NCBI RefSeq assembly: GCF_009914755.1
Contig: NC_060937.1
Reading direction: 5' to 3' (one strand)
Source: the human T2T-CHM13v2.0 reference genome, Homo sapiens
Length of the DNA stretch: 64,000 nt
Below are positions 1 to 13,037 of this stretch, piece by piece. The notes beneath the pieces are model-generated. The model worked only from the letters and a program-made list of their open reading frames with translations, did no database searches and had not been told where the DNA came from. Positions within the stretch are counted from its first letter, which is position 1; each line of letters starts with the position of its first letter. A program made the translations under genes and the position numbers.

Positions 1-560
1 AGGATGTTTCTTTCTGTTTCCGATTTGATGAGAATTTTTATCAGGAGTGGATGTCAAATGCCTTTTTTTTCTATTGATATTATATACTTTTTCTATTTTA
101 GTTAATCTGATAAGTTATATTGATGTTTGAATTTGTACCAACTTTTTATTTCTGATATAAACCCCACTTATTAATGGTGAAATATGCTAATGGTGAAGTT
201 AGACTCAATTTACTGAAATATTTAGACTTTTTACATCTGTGTTCATGTGTGATATTGGCCGTTAGTTTCTTAATTTGTAATGTCTGATTTTGGTGTCAAG
301 GTAACACTGCCCTAATAGGATGTATTAGGATGTATTCCCTCCTCTTCTGTTTTTCGGAAGAGTTTGTGAAGAACTGATGTTTTCTTTAAATACTTGGTAG
401 AGTTTAGCAGTAAAGTCTTCTGGGCCCAGGTTTTTCTTTGTGGGTAGTTTTTTATTTTTTATTTTTTGATTACTTTTCTGGCTATTTACTTTTAACTTAT
501 TTGTTTGCCCATGTTTAAGGTGCGTTTCCTGTAGGAAGCATATAATTGAGTCTTTTGTGA
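1..560 (-). mobile_element. Old LINE-1 (L1M-type) ORF2 remnant
   Basis: ORF 325..597 translates to ICFLQETHL (L1 endonuclease motif) and LPTKKNLGPEDFTAKLYQVFKE (L1 ORF2 LPTKKSPGPDGFTAEFYQ-like). Confidence 0.85.
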
Positions 561-709
561 CACTTCCACCTCCCTTTAAGGAAAAACTTGTCCGCAAGCT
601 TATCAGATGATTTTCTCTCAGTTTCTGTTGGCTAGGATTGTGTCTGGGGCGTGGGCCTAAACCAGTCAGGCAAAGGGGAACAATGAAAATACCATGATTG
701 GCTTAGCTG

Positions 710-882
710 AGTGCCTCTCAAGATGTGGTCTCCAGACCGGTAATATTAGCATCACCTGGAAGCTGCTTAGAAATCCAGATTCTTTGACCCTATGCATCAA
801 ACTTTTAAGGGGTGTGGTTTAGCAATTTGTCTTAACAAGATGTTTAAGTAATTTTGAGGCATGAGACATTGAGAATAACTAG
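710..882. mobile_element. MER5A-like hAT-Charlie MITE
   Basis: agtgcctctcaagatgtggtc...agcatcacctgg...ttagaaat...ttgagaataact resembles MER5A, with decayed terminal inverted repeats. Confidence 0.7.
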
Positions 883-1156
883 CCTGGACTAACCTATACT
901 TGTGAGTAGGGAGAAGTACCGTGTACTGGGCAGTTTAGGCTATGTTGCAAGGAAGTGGAAGGGATTATTACCTACATAGGTAGGTGATAATCTTGCCATA
1001 GTAGGACTGAGCTGGGGCCCAAGAATATGATTTTTAACTATATATACTCTTGATGGAGTCACAACTGTGCAACACACTCTAAGGAAAAAAAAAAATATAT
1101 TGGACTTACAATTAAATCCATTGAGATCTATATTTTAGAGTCCTTACCTGTAACTG

Positions 1157-1463
1157 GAGTGAACAAACTGTCTCAAGGGCAAATCAGAGCTGTTGCATGT
1201 TTTGTATGGTGGGTAAGATACGGTTTTATGTTTTTAAATGATGAAAAAAAATACAAAGAATGTGAAAACTATGGGAAATTCAACTTTCAATGTCTATAAA
1301 TCAATTTTAAAGGAACACAGCCACGTTTATTCGCTTACATATTGTCTAGGATGCCTTTGGACTGGAATGGCAGGGCTGAGTAGTTGTGACAGAGATCATG
1401 TGGCTTACAAAGCCTGAAATATTTACTTGCCGGTCCTTTACAGAAAACATTTGGCAATCCCTG
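1157..1463. mobile_element. MER58-like hAT-Charlie element
   Basis: Characteristic end caaagcctgaaatatttact...cctttacagaaaacatttggcaatccctg. Confidence 0.7.
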
Positions 1464-2498
1464 ATCTGTAAGAATAATTTACTGAAGAATAGTACATTCC
1501 CCAACCATCTTGTATAACTGATAAATTACTCTAATAGGTGAACGTTTTGTCTAGAACAGTGAAAGTATGAATAATGAAGTATGTTATTTCAAGAATATGT
1601 GCTTATTAGAATTGTGGTAGCTTTGTTGGAAAGAAGATTACTTTAGATTTGTAATTAATGTAAGCTTATAGTAGTAAGGTGTCACGTATTAGAGCCAGCA
1701 GTTTTGGGGAGGTAATTCACCCTCCCCCCTTTTTTAGTTAACTGCTGTTTATTCCTCAAGATAAACCTTTCTGTATAGCCCTATCACTGAAAATATTCTA
1801 AAATCTACCTTAACATGGCATATTAATGAGAGAAGCTTTTTTATAACTTGCAGTGCCTCCGGGTAGTCATTTTGAATACTATCCATTACTGTGTAATTGT
1901 GTAGGTGCTGAAAGTGAAGTCTTCGTAAAACATATCTTTTAAAGCTCTTTGTTTGGCTTTAATGAAAAAGAAACATATACCAAGGTTAGTATAGATTTGA
2001 GACAGGAGAAATATGTGATTATGTAAGGGTTCAAAGAATCAAGTGACTGGCTTTTACGGGTGTTTAGACTTATTTTTAAAAAATACACATAAGATTTGCC
2101 TTGTTTGTCACATCATGTTTACCTTCATTAGCCCAAGTTTACAAAAGATTCTGTTGCCAAAGAGAAAGATGAAAATGTTCATTTCTTGACATGTCAATAG
2201 AGATAGTAAGATCATGATAGTGCCTTTTTAGGGCTAGTTTAGTTAAAAAAAAAAAAAAAAGCCCTTGATCTCTGATGCTGAAACACACAGTTAGGGGGAA
2301 AATTGTTAGACCTTTTTTTGGAAGTTCTCACCAGGCTACAGGAAGTGTCATATTCTATTTGGGGATATTTGCCTGTTAAAAACTATTTCTGATACTTTGA
2401 AGTCATCAAATATGAGTTCTGTTTCTATGGAAATTGTTAAATACATGTTGCTTTCCCCAGAGAGAGGTACTCTCTGTATACCTATATCATACCTATAA

Positions 2499-2822
<324 letters not shown>

Positions 2823-4029
2823 TAAGATGTGTTTAGTTTTGTGCTTGATTTTAGCCATATTTTTAGTTTGCTTTAGTTCATATTGCAATGTAGGAACACA
2901 CAAATTTATTTCTTTTTTTTTTCTGTTTGCAAATATACCAGTCAAAAAAATTGTCAGTTATCAGTGCTCTGGGGTCAGTAACAAGGTTGTGTGGCTGTTT
3001 TCTAAGGCAGAAAACAGGATTTCATGGGGATCTGAGTACTGACCTTACTGAGTGTCTTTAACATTTAGTTGGATGTATAACTGGAAGTGCTAACCTTTAA
3101 AAACTAAGAAATCTTCATATTGTCTGTAACATTAATTAACTTATGGAGCCTAACAGAAGTTTAAATTTAAAAAAAGGGCAGTTGGAAAAACAGCAAAAAT
3201 GAATGAGTGGTACTCAGTTCCTTGCTATTTGATGCAGGGAACTACTTGAAGCTGTAATTATGTAGGCTTTTGGCTTGTCTCTTAACCTCTGGGCATCTGT
3301 TTGATCCTCTGGGAACACTGTTTCTATTCCATGGACCACCTGCATCCACATCATACATGAGCTTCAAAGTACAGATTCCGGAGCCTCCAGATTAAAGAAT
3401 CATACTGTTTGAGGGTAGAGTCAGGGGAGTCTGCATTGAGAAGTTCACCAGTGTGATTCTCATGTACACTGATATTTGAGAACGCTGCCCATGAAGCTCT
3501 TTGAGGATAATGAATAACATGTTTGGACATAAGACAAAGCATTATAGATAATGCTTCAAGAGCTCTTAATTCTATGACATTCATTACCTTTACATTCTTG
3601 ACATCCTTCATCTTATTCAGTGTAACTGAACTCATCTTTAGAGGTGAGAAATACGAAGTTTAGAGAAGTTCCCAGGGTTACAAGGCAGAATGATACTCAG
3701 GGACAGAGTCAGAGCCAGGGTCTCTCTGAAACCAGAGTCTCCATACTTAATTAGTATTCTGTACTGCCGTATTGGCATGGTCATAAGTAAATATCAACAG
3801 AAATCTGTTAAATACTTGGAAGGTGGGATGAAAGAATGTATTTTATTAACATTTTAACTGAAATGAAACAGGTGACTTAATAATGGAAAGTTGAAGAGCA
3901 GTGTAGGGACAAAGGCATGTTAGGGTTAAAACTTTGGTGATAGATGCTCATCTAACAGAGCAGCCATCTCAGAGTCGGAGGCTGTAGTATTCATTCTGTT
4001 CCCATTTACCTAAGTGACTCGAAGAAAAC

Positions 4030-4396
4030 TGATACGGTTTGGCTCTGTGTTCCCAGCCAAATCTCATCTCCATTTGTAATCCTCACATGTAGAGGGAGGC
4101 ACCTGGTGGGAGGTGACTGGATCATGGGGGCGGTTTCCCCCATGCTGTTCTCATGATAGGGAGTTCTCATGAGAGCTGATGGTGTTAAGTGTGGCACTTC
4201 CTCGCTCTTTCACTTTCTCTCTCTCCTGCCACCATGTAAGGATGTGCCTTGCTTCCCCTTTACCTTCCACTATGATTGCAAGTTTTCTGAGGCCTCCCCA
4301 GCCATGGGGAACTGTGAATCAATTAAGCCTCCTTTCTTTATAAATTACCCAGTCTCAGGTAGTATCTTTGTAGCAGTGTGAGAACAGACTAATACA
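4030..4396 (+). mobile_element. THE1 (THE1D-like) MaLR solo LTR
   Basis: Starts tgatacggtttggctctgtg and ends agactaataca (TG...CA). Near-TSD aaaac/caaac. Confidence 0.9.
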
Positions 4397-4565
4397 CAAA
4401 CCATTAAATCCCTTTGGATTAACTCTTTGAAGGGTTATATAGACCATTCCTAAGCCTCCTTACTTAATCCTTGACTCAGTGACTTATATCTACATTTTAA
4501 CATACAAATTTGGCTCAATAATTTGAAGTAAAATTCAAATTGAATTCAGAATTAGTCCTTTATCT

Positions 4566-4893
4566 CAGGGGTCAACAAACTTTTTTTTGAAAGGAGATAG
4601 ATAGTCAATATTTTAGATTTTGTGGGCTACATAATCTCTGTCATGACTGTTCAACTTAGCCATGCCCAGAAAACAATGATCAATGCAGAAATTAATGAAT
4701 GAGGATGCATTCCAATATAACTTTATTTACAAGCCCTGACATTTGAATTTTGTGTGGTTTTTCACGTGTCACAAAATGTATATATTTTTCCCAATTATTA
4801 AAAAAATATGAAAACATTTCTTAGCTGGTGAATTATTACAAAAGCAGGAGTGGGCTGGATTTGGGGTACTCTCGGCCACAGTTTACCCACCCC
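4566..4893. mobile_element. MER58-like hAT-Charlie element
   Basis: Starts caggggtcaacaaactttt...agatagtcaatattttag and ends cagtttacccaccccg. Confidence 0.7.
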
Positions 4894-5684
4894 GGCATTA
4901 AGCCATTTGCACACTAGATAGATTTACATACATATAAGCATTATGTCATTTGCACACTAGATACATTTACATATAAGGTTAGGTTTTCTTTTCTAAAAAG
5001 TAATCCTAATTGGTGGTTGCTATTGAGATATTAGACTAAGTGCTTCATTATCCGATTTTCCTTTCATTGATGTGGAGCTCAGGCAGAATCGTGAGGTCAT
5101 GAGGATAGGAACTGGCATACTGCAGTTTTGTTCATGATGTAATTTATTTAAACTTCCTGTAAAAGTTTAGAGAACGAGTTTTTCAAAACCAAAATTAGTC
5201 TTTTACTTAATTTGTATATAAACTCAAAACTTCTTTTGCTGTGACACTAAATGTTTTTATTCCAGAGATCCATAATCCATAATCCTGTTGAGATAAGAAG
5301 TAACCAATTAGGTTGTTTACTGGAGAAAATTCTTTTTTAAAAAATTCAACTTATATTTTATAAAATATAGTTTAAAAAATAGTCTTACAACTGTTATAAG
5401 ACAAATATCAAATTGCTGCCCCAATCTCTCATGCCCTTTTTATTTCCCAGATATACTTAAGAAAAGCTATTTGTTTTGGTTTTACTGTTTACCTCTCTTT
5501 TTAAATTCCATGTTTATATGGCCATTGCTTTGAATTTTTTCATTTTAAACATTATCCATTGGCTTTTGACTTTGGATGGTGAAGATTTAATTCTTTTACA
5601 CCTCACTTCTATATTTTTTCTCTGCATGTCCTTTCTATGTAACCTTTTACTACCTTTAGGGGACATCAGTATATATTATGATAG

Positions 5685-6033
<349 letters not shown>

Positions 6034-6399
6034 TAACATTTTTTTTCAGAATTAATTGGAAAAAGACACCTAGTTTTGTTGTTGTTGTTGCTGTTATAAT
6101 TTATAAGACAGGGTCCTTGTCATTAATTTATCCCCAAACTCTCTTGATGAACCATCCGCAGTATGAGACACATAAATCCAAGAATTTTGTTTTGTTACTG
6201 TTCCTTCAGGCAGCGCCCTATTCTCTTACTCTACTTGGAACTAGTCATCTTTAGCCTCTGAAGAGCCATCATGGTGGGACTTTCTTTTGCTTATCCTGGG
6301 AATTTCTCTGGCCCCTCTTCAGTGCTATATTACCTGCTTCTGAGATACAAGTACTTTCCTTTCTATTCCATTAAAAGAAACGAATATTTCTGCATTTGC

Positions 6400-6920
6400 T
6401 TTTTTGGGAGAGTAGAGGGAAAAAGGATATGTGGCAGGTAAATTTTGAGAACCTCCTGTGTTTCAAAACATCTTTATTCCTACTTTCACTCTTATGCAGG
6501 ATTGTTATTTGGGTTAGGTATAGAATTCTAGGTTAAAAACCATTTCCCACAGAGTTTAGAAGGCATTATTCCATTATATTTTAGCTTCGGGGTTGCTGTT
6601 GAAGTTCAGCACCGTTCTTATTTCTGATTCTTATTTGTGACCTTTCTACCTAAAATAACATGAATATTTTAGAATATTGTCTTTTATTCTTGGTATTCTG
6701 AAATTTCATTTATTTTGTGTGTGCTATAAACTTTAGTTCTGCAAAATTTCTTGCATTATTTCTTTGTATTCGTAGCCCTCCGCCCTTGTTTTCTCTATTC
6801 TTTCTAGATACTTCTGTGGGTCAGAATCGCCTAGATTGATGTTCAAATTTTATATTTTTCTCTCTGGCTTTCTATTCTTGATTTTGTTGCTGTTGTTCTA
6901 CTTTTTTGGAGATTAAAAAA
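6400..6920 (-). mobile_element. Highly diverged L1M/L1ME fragment
   Basis: T-rich segment with old-L1 phrases (ggtatagaattctaggtt..., ctgcaaaatttcttgcattatttcttt). Boundaries approximate. Confidence 0.5.
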
Positions 6921-7719
6921 AAAAAAAACACATCTTCTAAACTCTACTGCTGCATATTGAGTGACTTCTATGTACCAGGTACCATTGTAGGTGATGGAGA
7001 TGCATCAGTGAACAGCACAGGTATTAAGTCTCTGCCCTCATTGAGCTCACCTTCTGGTATTCAGATTTTCACTTAGTCCTCCAGATCTGTAAGGTATTTT
7101 TATTTGTGTTTGTAAAATCTAGTGGCTTTCTATTTCAGTTTATTCAGGTAATGAAGCCTGTCTTTGATCAAAGTAGGAGAGGAGCAGTTGCCTGAGCAGG
7201 CGGGGTGGGGAGCTGGAGGGTTTAGGTGCTTTCCTATAGATTTTCAGTCACCTGGTTTTTTTCACTTCACCACAAAACTCCCTACCCTCTGTGGTACTTC
7301 GCACCTACGATTCCAGAACCTTGCTAGGTCCTTATTAGTTTCTTTTTGCTGTAAGGCCATAGAACAGAGGATGTCAAAACCCAAGTCTCTTCCGCTTTTC
7401 ATTTCTAAGATGTTGTGACCATCCCGAGTGTGATAATTGTCTCCTGTCCCGTTCAGTCTTCCTATGGCTTTATAAGAGTTTGAGTTTAACTCTTACTGTA
7501 GTGTGGTTTTATAAGAGAATAGGGAGGAATTCATAGTTAATCCCCCATATTGAAGAATACTTACTGGCTTCCAATTAAGGGGGTCCTTTGTCAATGATGG
7601 TTAATTGACAGATATCAAAAATTATGGTTTTGACCCACACTTTATTCATAACATAAAGATTTAATTGGAATAATGCGAGCTTTCCATATTTTTGGTTTCA
7701 ATAATTCTCTAATAAAGCA

Positions 7720-7834
7720 TTTTTCTTTTTTTTATTATACTTTAAGTTTTAGGGTACATGTGCATGATGGGCAGGTTTGTTACATATGTATACATGTGCC
7801 ATGTTGGTGTGCTGCACCCAGTAACTCGTCATTT
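7720..7834 (-). mobile_element. Severely 5'-truncated L1PA 3' end
   Basis: ttattatactttaagttttagggtacatgtgca...gtgtgctgcacccagtaactcgtcattt is the reverse complement of the L1PA 3' terminus with its poly(A). Confidence 0.9.
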
Positions 7835-9414
7835 TATTTTTCTTTTTGCTTAGACTTAATTTCTCCCTTGGGCAGTCCGCATTTTTGAGTAACAGATATT
7901 ACTGAGTGTTTTCTTTGAGACTAGAGTTGTTTCTTTTCATTTGAATATAAATTGCCCAAGGGAATGGACTTTGTTTTGTTGAGCACCAGTTCTCTAATTC
8001 CTAGAAGGGTACCTGACACAAAATAGATGCTGTTGCTAAAGTAAATGAATGTTTTTTTGAGCCCAATGTAACTATTACTACTGTTTCAGTTTTGGTGTTG
8101 AATAATTTAAGATGGGTCGGGGTCCTTGCAACATTTTCCTTATTAGCCACCTCTTATATTCAGGGCATAGACTAGCATCAGTTGAAGTATCAGCTTGCAG
8201 TATTGCTTTCCCATTCACAAGCATGTTTACTCTAAAACAGTCAGTTTCTACTTATCTTACACACTTTGTTGCAAAGTGATTAATTGAAGTCCTTAGGAGT
8301 TATACATCTCCCTCTGTATACACAGAAATTAAAGACACTTCACTAAGAAATTCACAGCCATGAGTAGGAGTGATGAGAGGTAAACAAAGGGTAAAGCTAC
8401 CCTCTCCTTTTCACCCTCTTCCTCTCTGCATTATGCTTTTGTCTCTCATACTCTTAACTCTTTCATTGACAGATAGGTAAAAGTTCCTTAATGTGAGCCT
8501 GGAGCTTCAGATGAGATGCTGCTGCTTATGTAATATTTGAGCAAATATTTTCGAAACTTGGTTCCTCTTTTTTGACCTTGATGTTTTGAAAAGAAAATTC
8601 TTCAAAAAGTAAAGATTAATTCCTTTGTAGGAAATGTGGAGAGGGGCATAGCTGTGAGGAGCCAGAATGTTTCTGGTGGGCAGAGCTGGTCTTAAACCCT
8701 CTTCTACCTTATTTCCTCTTTACCCTAGGCCGTTAGCCCAGTCTGTTTTCTTGGCTGCAAGTTAGCCACGGTGGTAAGTTAGCCGTCCCTCCTTGTTTAT
8801 GGAGTAAGCATCCCCAGGAAGCCATCTGAGTAAGGGTTTGTCAAGGTTGGTTTCTGTAGGTCCATCTGGCTGCATTTCTCCCAAGATTGTCTCTAACTGC
8901 ACAATTGCTAATGAGCTTATTTGTACTGTAACTTCTTGCAGGGCCCAGGCCTATTTCTCTTCTTGCTGCCTACATTTGTGATTTCATAGATTCCTCAAAA
9001 AGCTTTCATGATGTATCTGACAACTTTTGACCCTGGACCTAGATAACAAAACTTGCTAAGTTATGAGAGAATGTATGGGACACAGTTAAGCTTTGTCTTG
9101 AGATTGTGAGAACAAGCTTATTAGAATTCTGCCCTTCTGCAGAAAGTTTTTTTTTCTGAAGAAAATGAAGGAAAGGGATTTTTATAAGATTTAATTTTGT
9201 AGGGAGACAGCACCTGCATTATCACTGTTTTTAAAATATTGCTAAAAAATACGTTGTCTTCACAACCACAATTTTGCAAATGGTTAAATATTTTTTAAAA
9301 GATATAATAAGATAGTTATTTTTAGTGCATATAGTATATTCCTACAGATGACTAATATGTATCTAATACCCCTAATTCTTATAGGGAATATTAATTGACT
9401 TGGATCTAAGAAAC

Positions 9415-9697
9415 TTTTTTTTTTAAAGACAGGGTCTTACTCTATTGCCTAGGCTGGAGTGCAGTGACACAACCACGGCTCACTGCAGCCTTGACCTCCC
9501 TGGGCTCAGGTGACCCTCCCACCTTAGCTTCCCAAGTAGCTGGGACTGCAGATGTATGCCACCATACCTGGCAAATTTTTTGCAGGGTCAGGATTTTGCC
9601 ATGTTGCCCAGGCTGATATTGAACTCCTGGGCTCAAGCAATCTGCCCACCTGGCCTCCCTGTGCTGGGATTATAGGCATGAGCCACTGTGCTTGGCC
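9415..9697 (-). mobile_element. Alu (AluJ-type)
   Basis: Antisense dimer. TSD ctaagaaacttttt on both sides. Confidence 0.95.
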
Positions 9698-12600
9698 CTA
9701 AGAAACTTTTTATTATAAATTGCAAAACTTACTATCCTCTTTTCCAAGCTGATCTTTTAATATTCAGATTTTACAATTTATAAAGTCTTGTGTATCATGT
9801 AGTCAGCACAGTCAAGTTACTTAAGTTTTCTCAGCCTCTTTTACATTTGTATTTATTTTGTAGTGTTGTTATAAGGAAATAGATATTTGTAAATTAGATG
9901 AGATAATGGCTCAAATATTAGGTGTCTCCCCCTTATATGTGAATAGTGTAAATGGCTTTTTTGGATAATTTACAGAAAGTAATGTTAAAAGTGAAATAAC
10001 ATTGCTGGAAATTAAAATCTCCTGGCATCTCTAAATCTGCAGTCTGTTGGTATAAAGTTAACTAATAAAGCCTAGAATAGAATAATCTTTCTCTTTTTTC
10101 CCCCAGAACACTGGCCACTTATTTGAGTATGCAGTCTTCAACAAAGCTCAGTATCTTGGTTGGTTTTCCTCTTTTGAAGATGGTCCTAACGATGTTTGCT
10201 TTCTATTTCGAGGCACCCTGTTTTGTGAACTTCTTTTTATTTAGTTGTTAATGTATGTGACTTTTTCCAAATAGATTAAGCATCTGAAGATGGAGGTCTA
10301 TACCTAAAATTGTTTTTTGAATTGCCAGTGCTTAATAAATTTTTCAGCATGTTTTAAGTACTGAATTTTTTTTGTGTGATTGACTAATTTGAGTATGTTT
10401 AAATTTTTTAAATTGGGCAAAAAAAAAAAAAAACAATTTTCATTGAACATTTGGTGTTGTAAATGGCATCCTACTAGCCAAGCCAAAAAAAAAAAAAACA
10501 AAAACCCTCAAAAAACCAAAACAGAGTGGTGTTCATTAAAGTGTTAGTTCTGAGCGTGGGGGTTTCAGTCTGTTTTGTTCATTGCTGTGACCCTTTCTGT
10601 GCCTGGAATAACTCCCATCGCACTGTAGGTGTTGTATGCTAGTTGTTGAAGGAGTGAATATGGTGGAAGTTTTCACCTTAATAGTTATGCCTCATCCCTG
10701 CTCCACTGTGATTGAGATGGTTGTCCTTATTTCTAGGGCCTTGCCTAGTAAGTGGGGACATTTAGCAGATTTCACAGGGCTATTTTAGAAAGATTTCTGG
10801 AAATATTGGATGTGAAATTACTTCAGAAATGTGGAGTACTACATATACAGAAACATTCCTAATGTACAGATTTTCATTTAGAAATTGAACATAAAATACA
10901 GGGAATCCTCTTTGCCTGGCTACTTATACTTCATAGAAAACTAAGTGTGTTTTTGGCAGAGGGTGGGTATCTGTTTTCTCTACCTACAAATACAGGTATT
11001 TGTTAGGGATCTTACACTGAAAAATTTTGTAAGTGTAGTTTATTATTCAACATAGAAAATCTACAACAATCTCTTTAGTTGGTTGTTTTTATTTTATTTT
11101 TTATTAGATCTATGTGTATTCCATTTCTAACTCGCCCATCTTTCTAACCCCCCTCTACCCCTTTAGAATAAAAATAACAAAACTGCATAGAACTTTCATG
11201 GGTAGGATTAGCTCACTTGATATCCTAAATTGAAATAAGGCTAATCTAGGGTCTTTGGTAAATTCACGCATGAGGCTGGGATGTTAAATAACCAAATAAT
11301 GATCAAAGGCTTATCTAAGTAATTTGAAACGCCCAAAATGTGGCTCAGTTAATTTGGGGCCAGTTAATAAAAGCTTATCTTGGCTTAAGGTACTTGAATG
11401 TCTATAACTATTGAATCAGGACAGGTCACATTTGAGCAGAGTAGGTGTACTTTTCACAAATAGTGGAGGCCTACACAATTATATCCTTGGCTCATGTTTC
11501 GCTATGACCATCTGTCATTTCCTCTGGGATTAGATACTAAGGAAATGTGAATAGAAATTACCCCATTCATTGAGTTTTTCTTTTATCTTCATATGGTACC
11601 AGTTCCCAATCTTATTTTAGTTGTTATAAAGGAGTGTTAATGTCCAAATTTAGCTGATGAAGAAGAAAGTTGTAGACTAATCCACAGTTCTGCGAGTGAC
11701 CCTTTCTTTTGTTAAAATCCACACAGATTGAACTGAGACATTAAGCTTATCAAATGTCTGTCTTCTGGAACCTGTCCAGTCTCTCCTTGCTTGGCCCAAG
11801 ATGTTATCTCCACTAGCTCATATTTCTAGTCTCGAGATGCTCTGTCAAACTTGGAACACAAAATTAAAACTTAGTCTGTGAGGTTCATTTTGGGTAAGCT
11901 TTGTAAAGAATTTCTTTTCTCACTGGAAAAACAATCTGGAATCATATTGGAATTTTTGTGCAGAGACAGGGTCTCCTGATACATGCTATCATTCCTGTGT
12001 GCTGAAAATGGAAAATGCATTGTCATAGCTGTGGGATTTCATCACATCTTTATGTTGCTTTGCTCTTATGTTCAGAATAGCCCCAGTGCATTTACTTCAG
12101 TATTGGCAATGATTTAGTACAGTAACAGATAATAAGGGATTGTGCTTCTATGAAATTTGCAGTTTCAGTCCATTATACCCTACAACCTGATATGTGTTTG
12201 CCAAATTTCCTTAAGTAATCCTTTTTTCTTTTGCTAATTTGTACTTGTGTTTCCATGTGTTTTTTTTTTCCTTTGGTTTCACTTTGCATTTCTACCATGA
12301 TTCGAAAAGTGTTTTTCAAAATAAACAATAATGGTTGTTCTGGTGAATTTATTATTGACATGCTATTTTGTTACCTATCTCCACCAAGGAAAAAATAAAA
12401 CAATAGAGATTCTCCCAAAGTAGTTGTCTACTGCTTTCATACTACTGTGACGGTTGATTAAATTTGACTCTATCATAGTGAAATTCTTTTTTTTTTTTTG
12501 GTAGGTGTTGGTACCTGTTTCTTGGGACCTCTACAGAATAGTCAGGTTTAAAGCAAGACTTTCTAGACTCTCTTTTCTGAAACACTGGGGCTTGATCAGA

Positions 12601-12884
12601 TGATTACAATACATGAAATGTGTTGAGTACTTATTAGGTACAGTCAGTGCTAAATACAGGGTGCAGTGGCAAGCAAGATGAGCTCAGTGCCTGGCCTTGG
12701 GAACATGCATTCTGATGCAAAAAACAGATGACAAGATAGCAGTTCTTTGTTCTTCCTGTCCCATAAAAGAAGCATAATGATGCGAATGGCAGCCTGACCC
12801 AGGGGTATGATCAGAAAATGATTTCCCAAAGACGTGAGGCATCAGCTGGGACCGGAGAGTCAGTGGGAGTTAAGCCAGTAACTC

Positions 12885-12903
12885 TGTGTGTGTGTGTGTG
12901 TGT
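12885..12903. repeat. (TG)n microsatellite
   Basis: Direct reading. Confidence 0.95.
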
Positions 12904-12960
12904 CCGTGTGTCCATCTGTTCGTCCATCCAACGGGAGGAGGAGGTGAGGAAGAGTGTCCC

Positions 12961-13037
12961 AGGCCTTTTCTGTCACTAGGATAAGCCATAACTCAAAGAA
13001 GAGTCTTTCAGTCTCAGAGACATTGGAGAGGAAGGAT
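12961..13037 (+). repeat. 77-bp dispersed direct repeat, copy 1 (copy 2 at 15094-15170)
   Basis: 71/77 identical, ungapped, by manual alignment. Confidence 0.95.
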
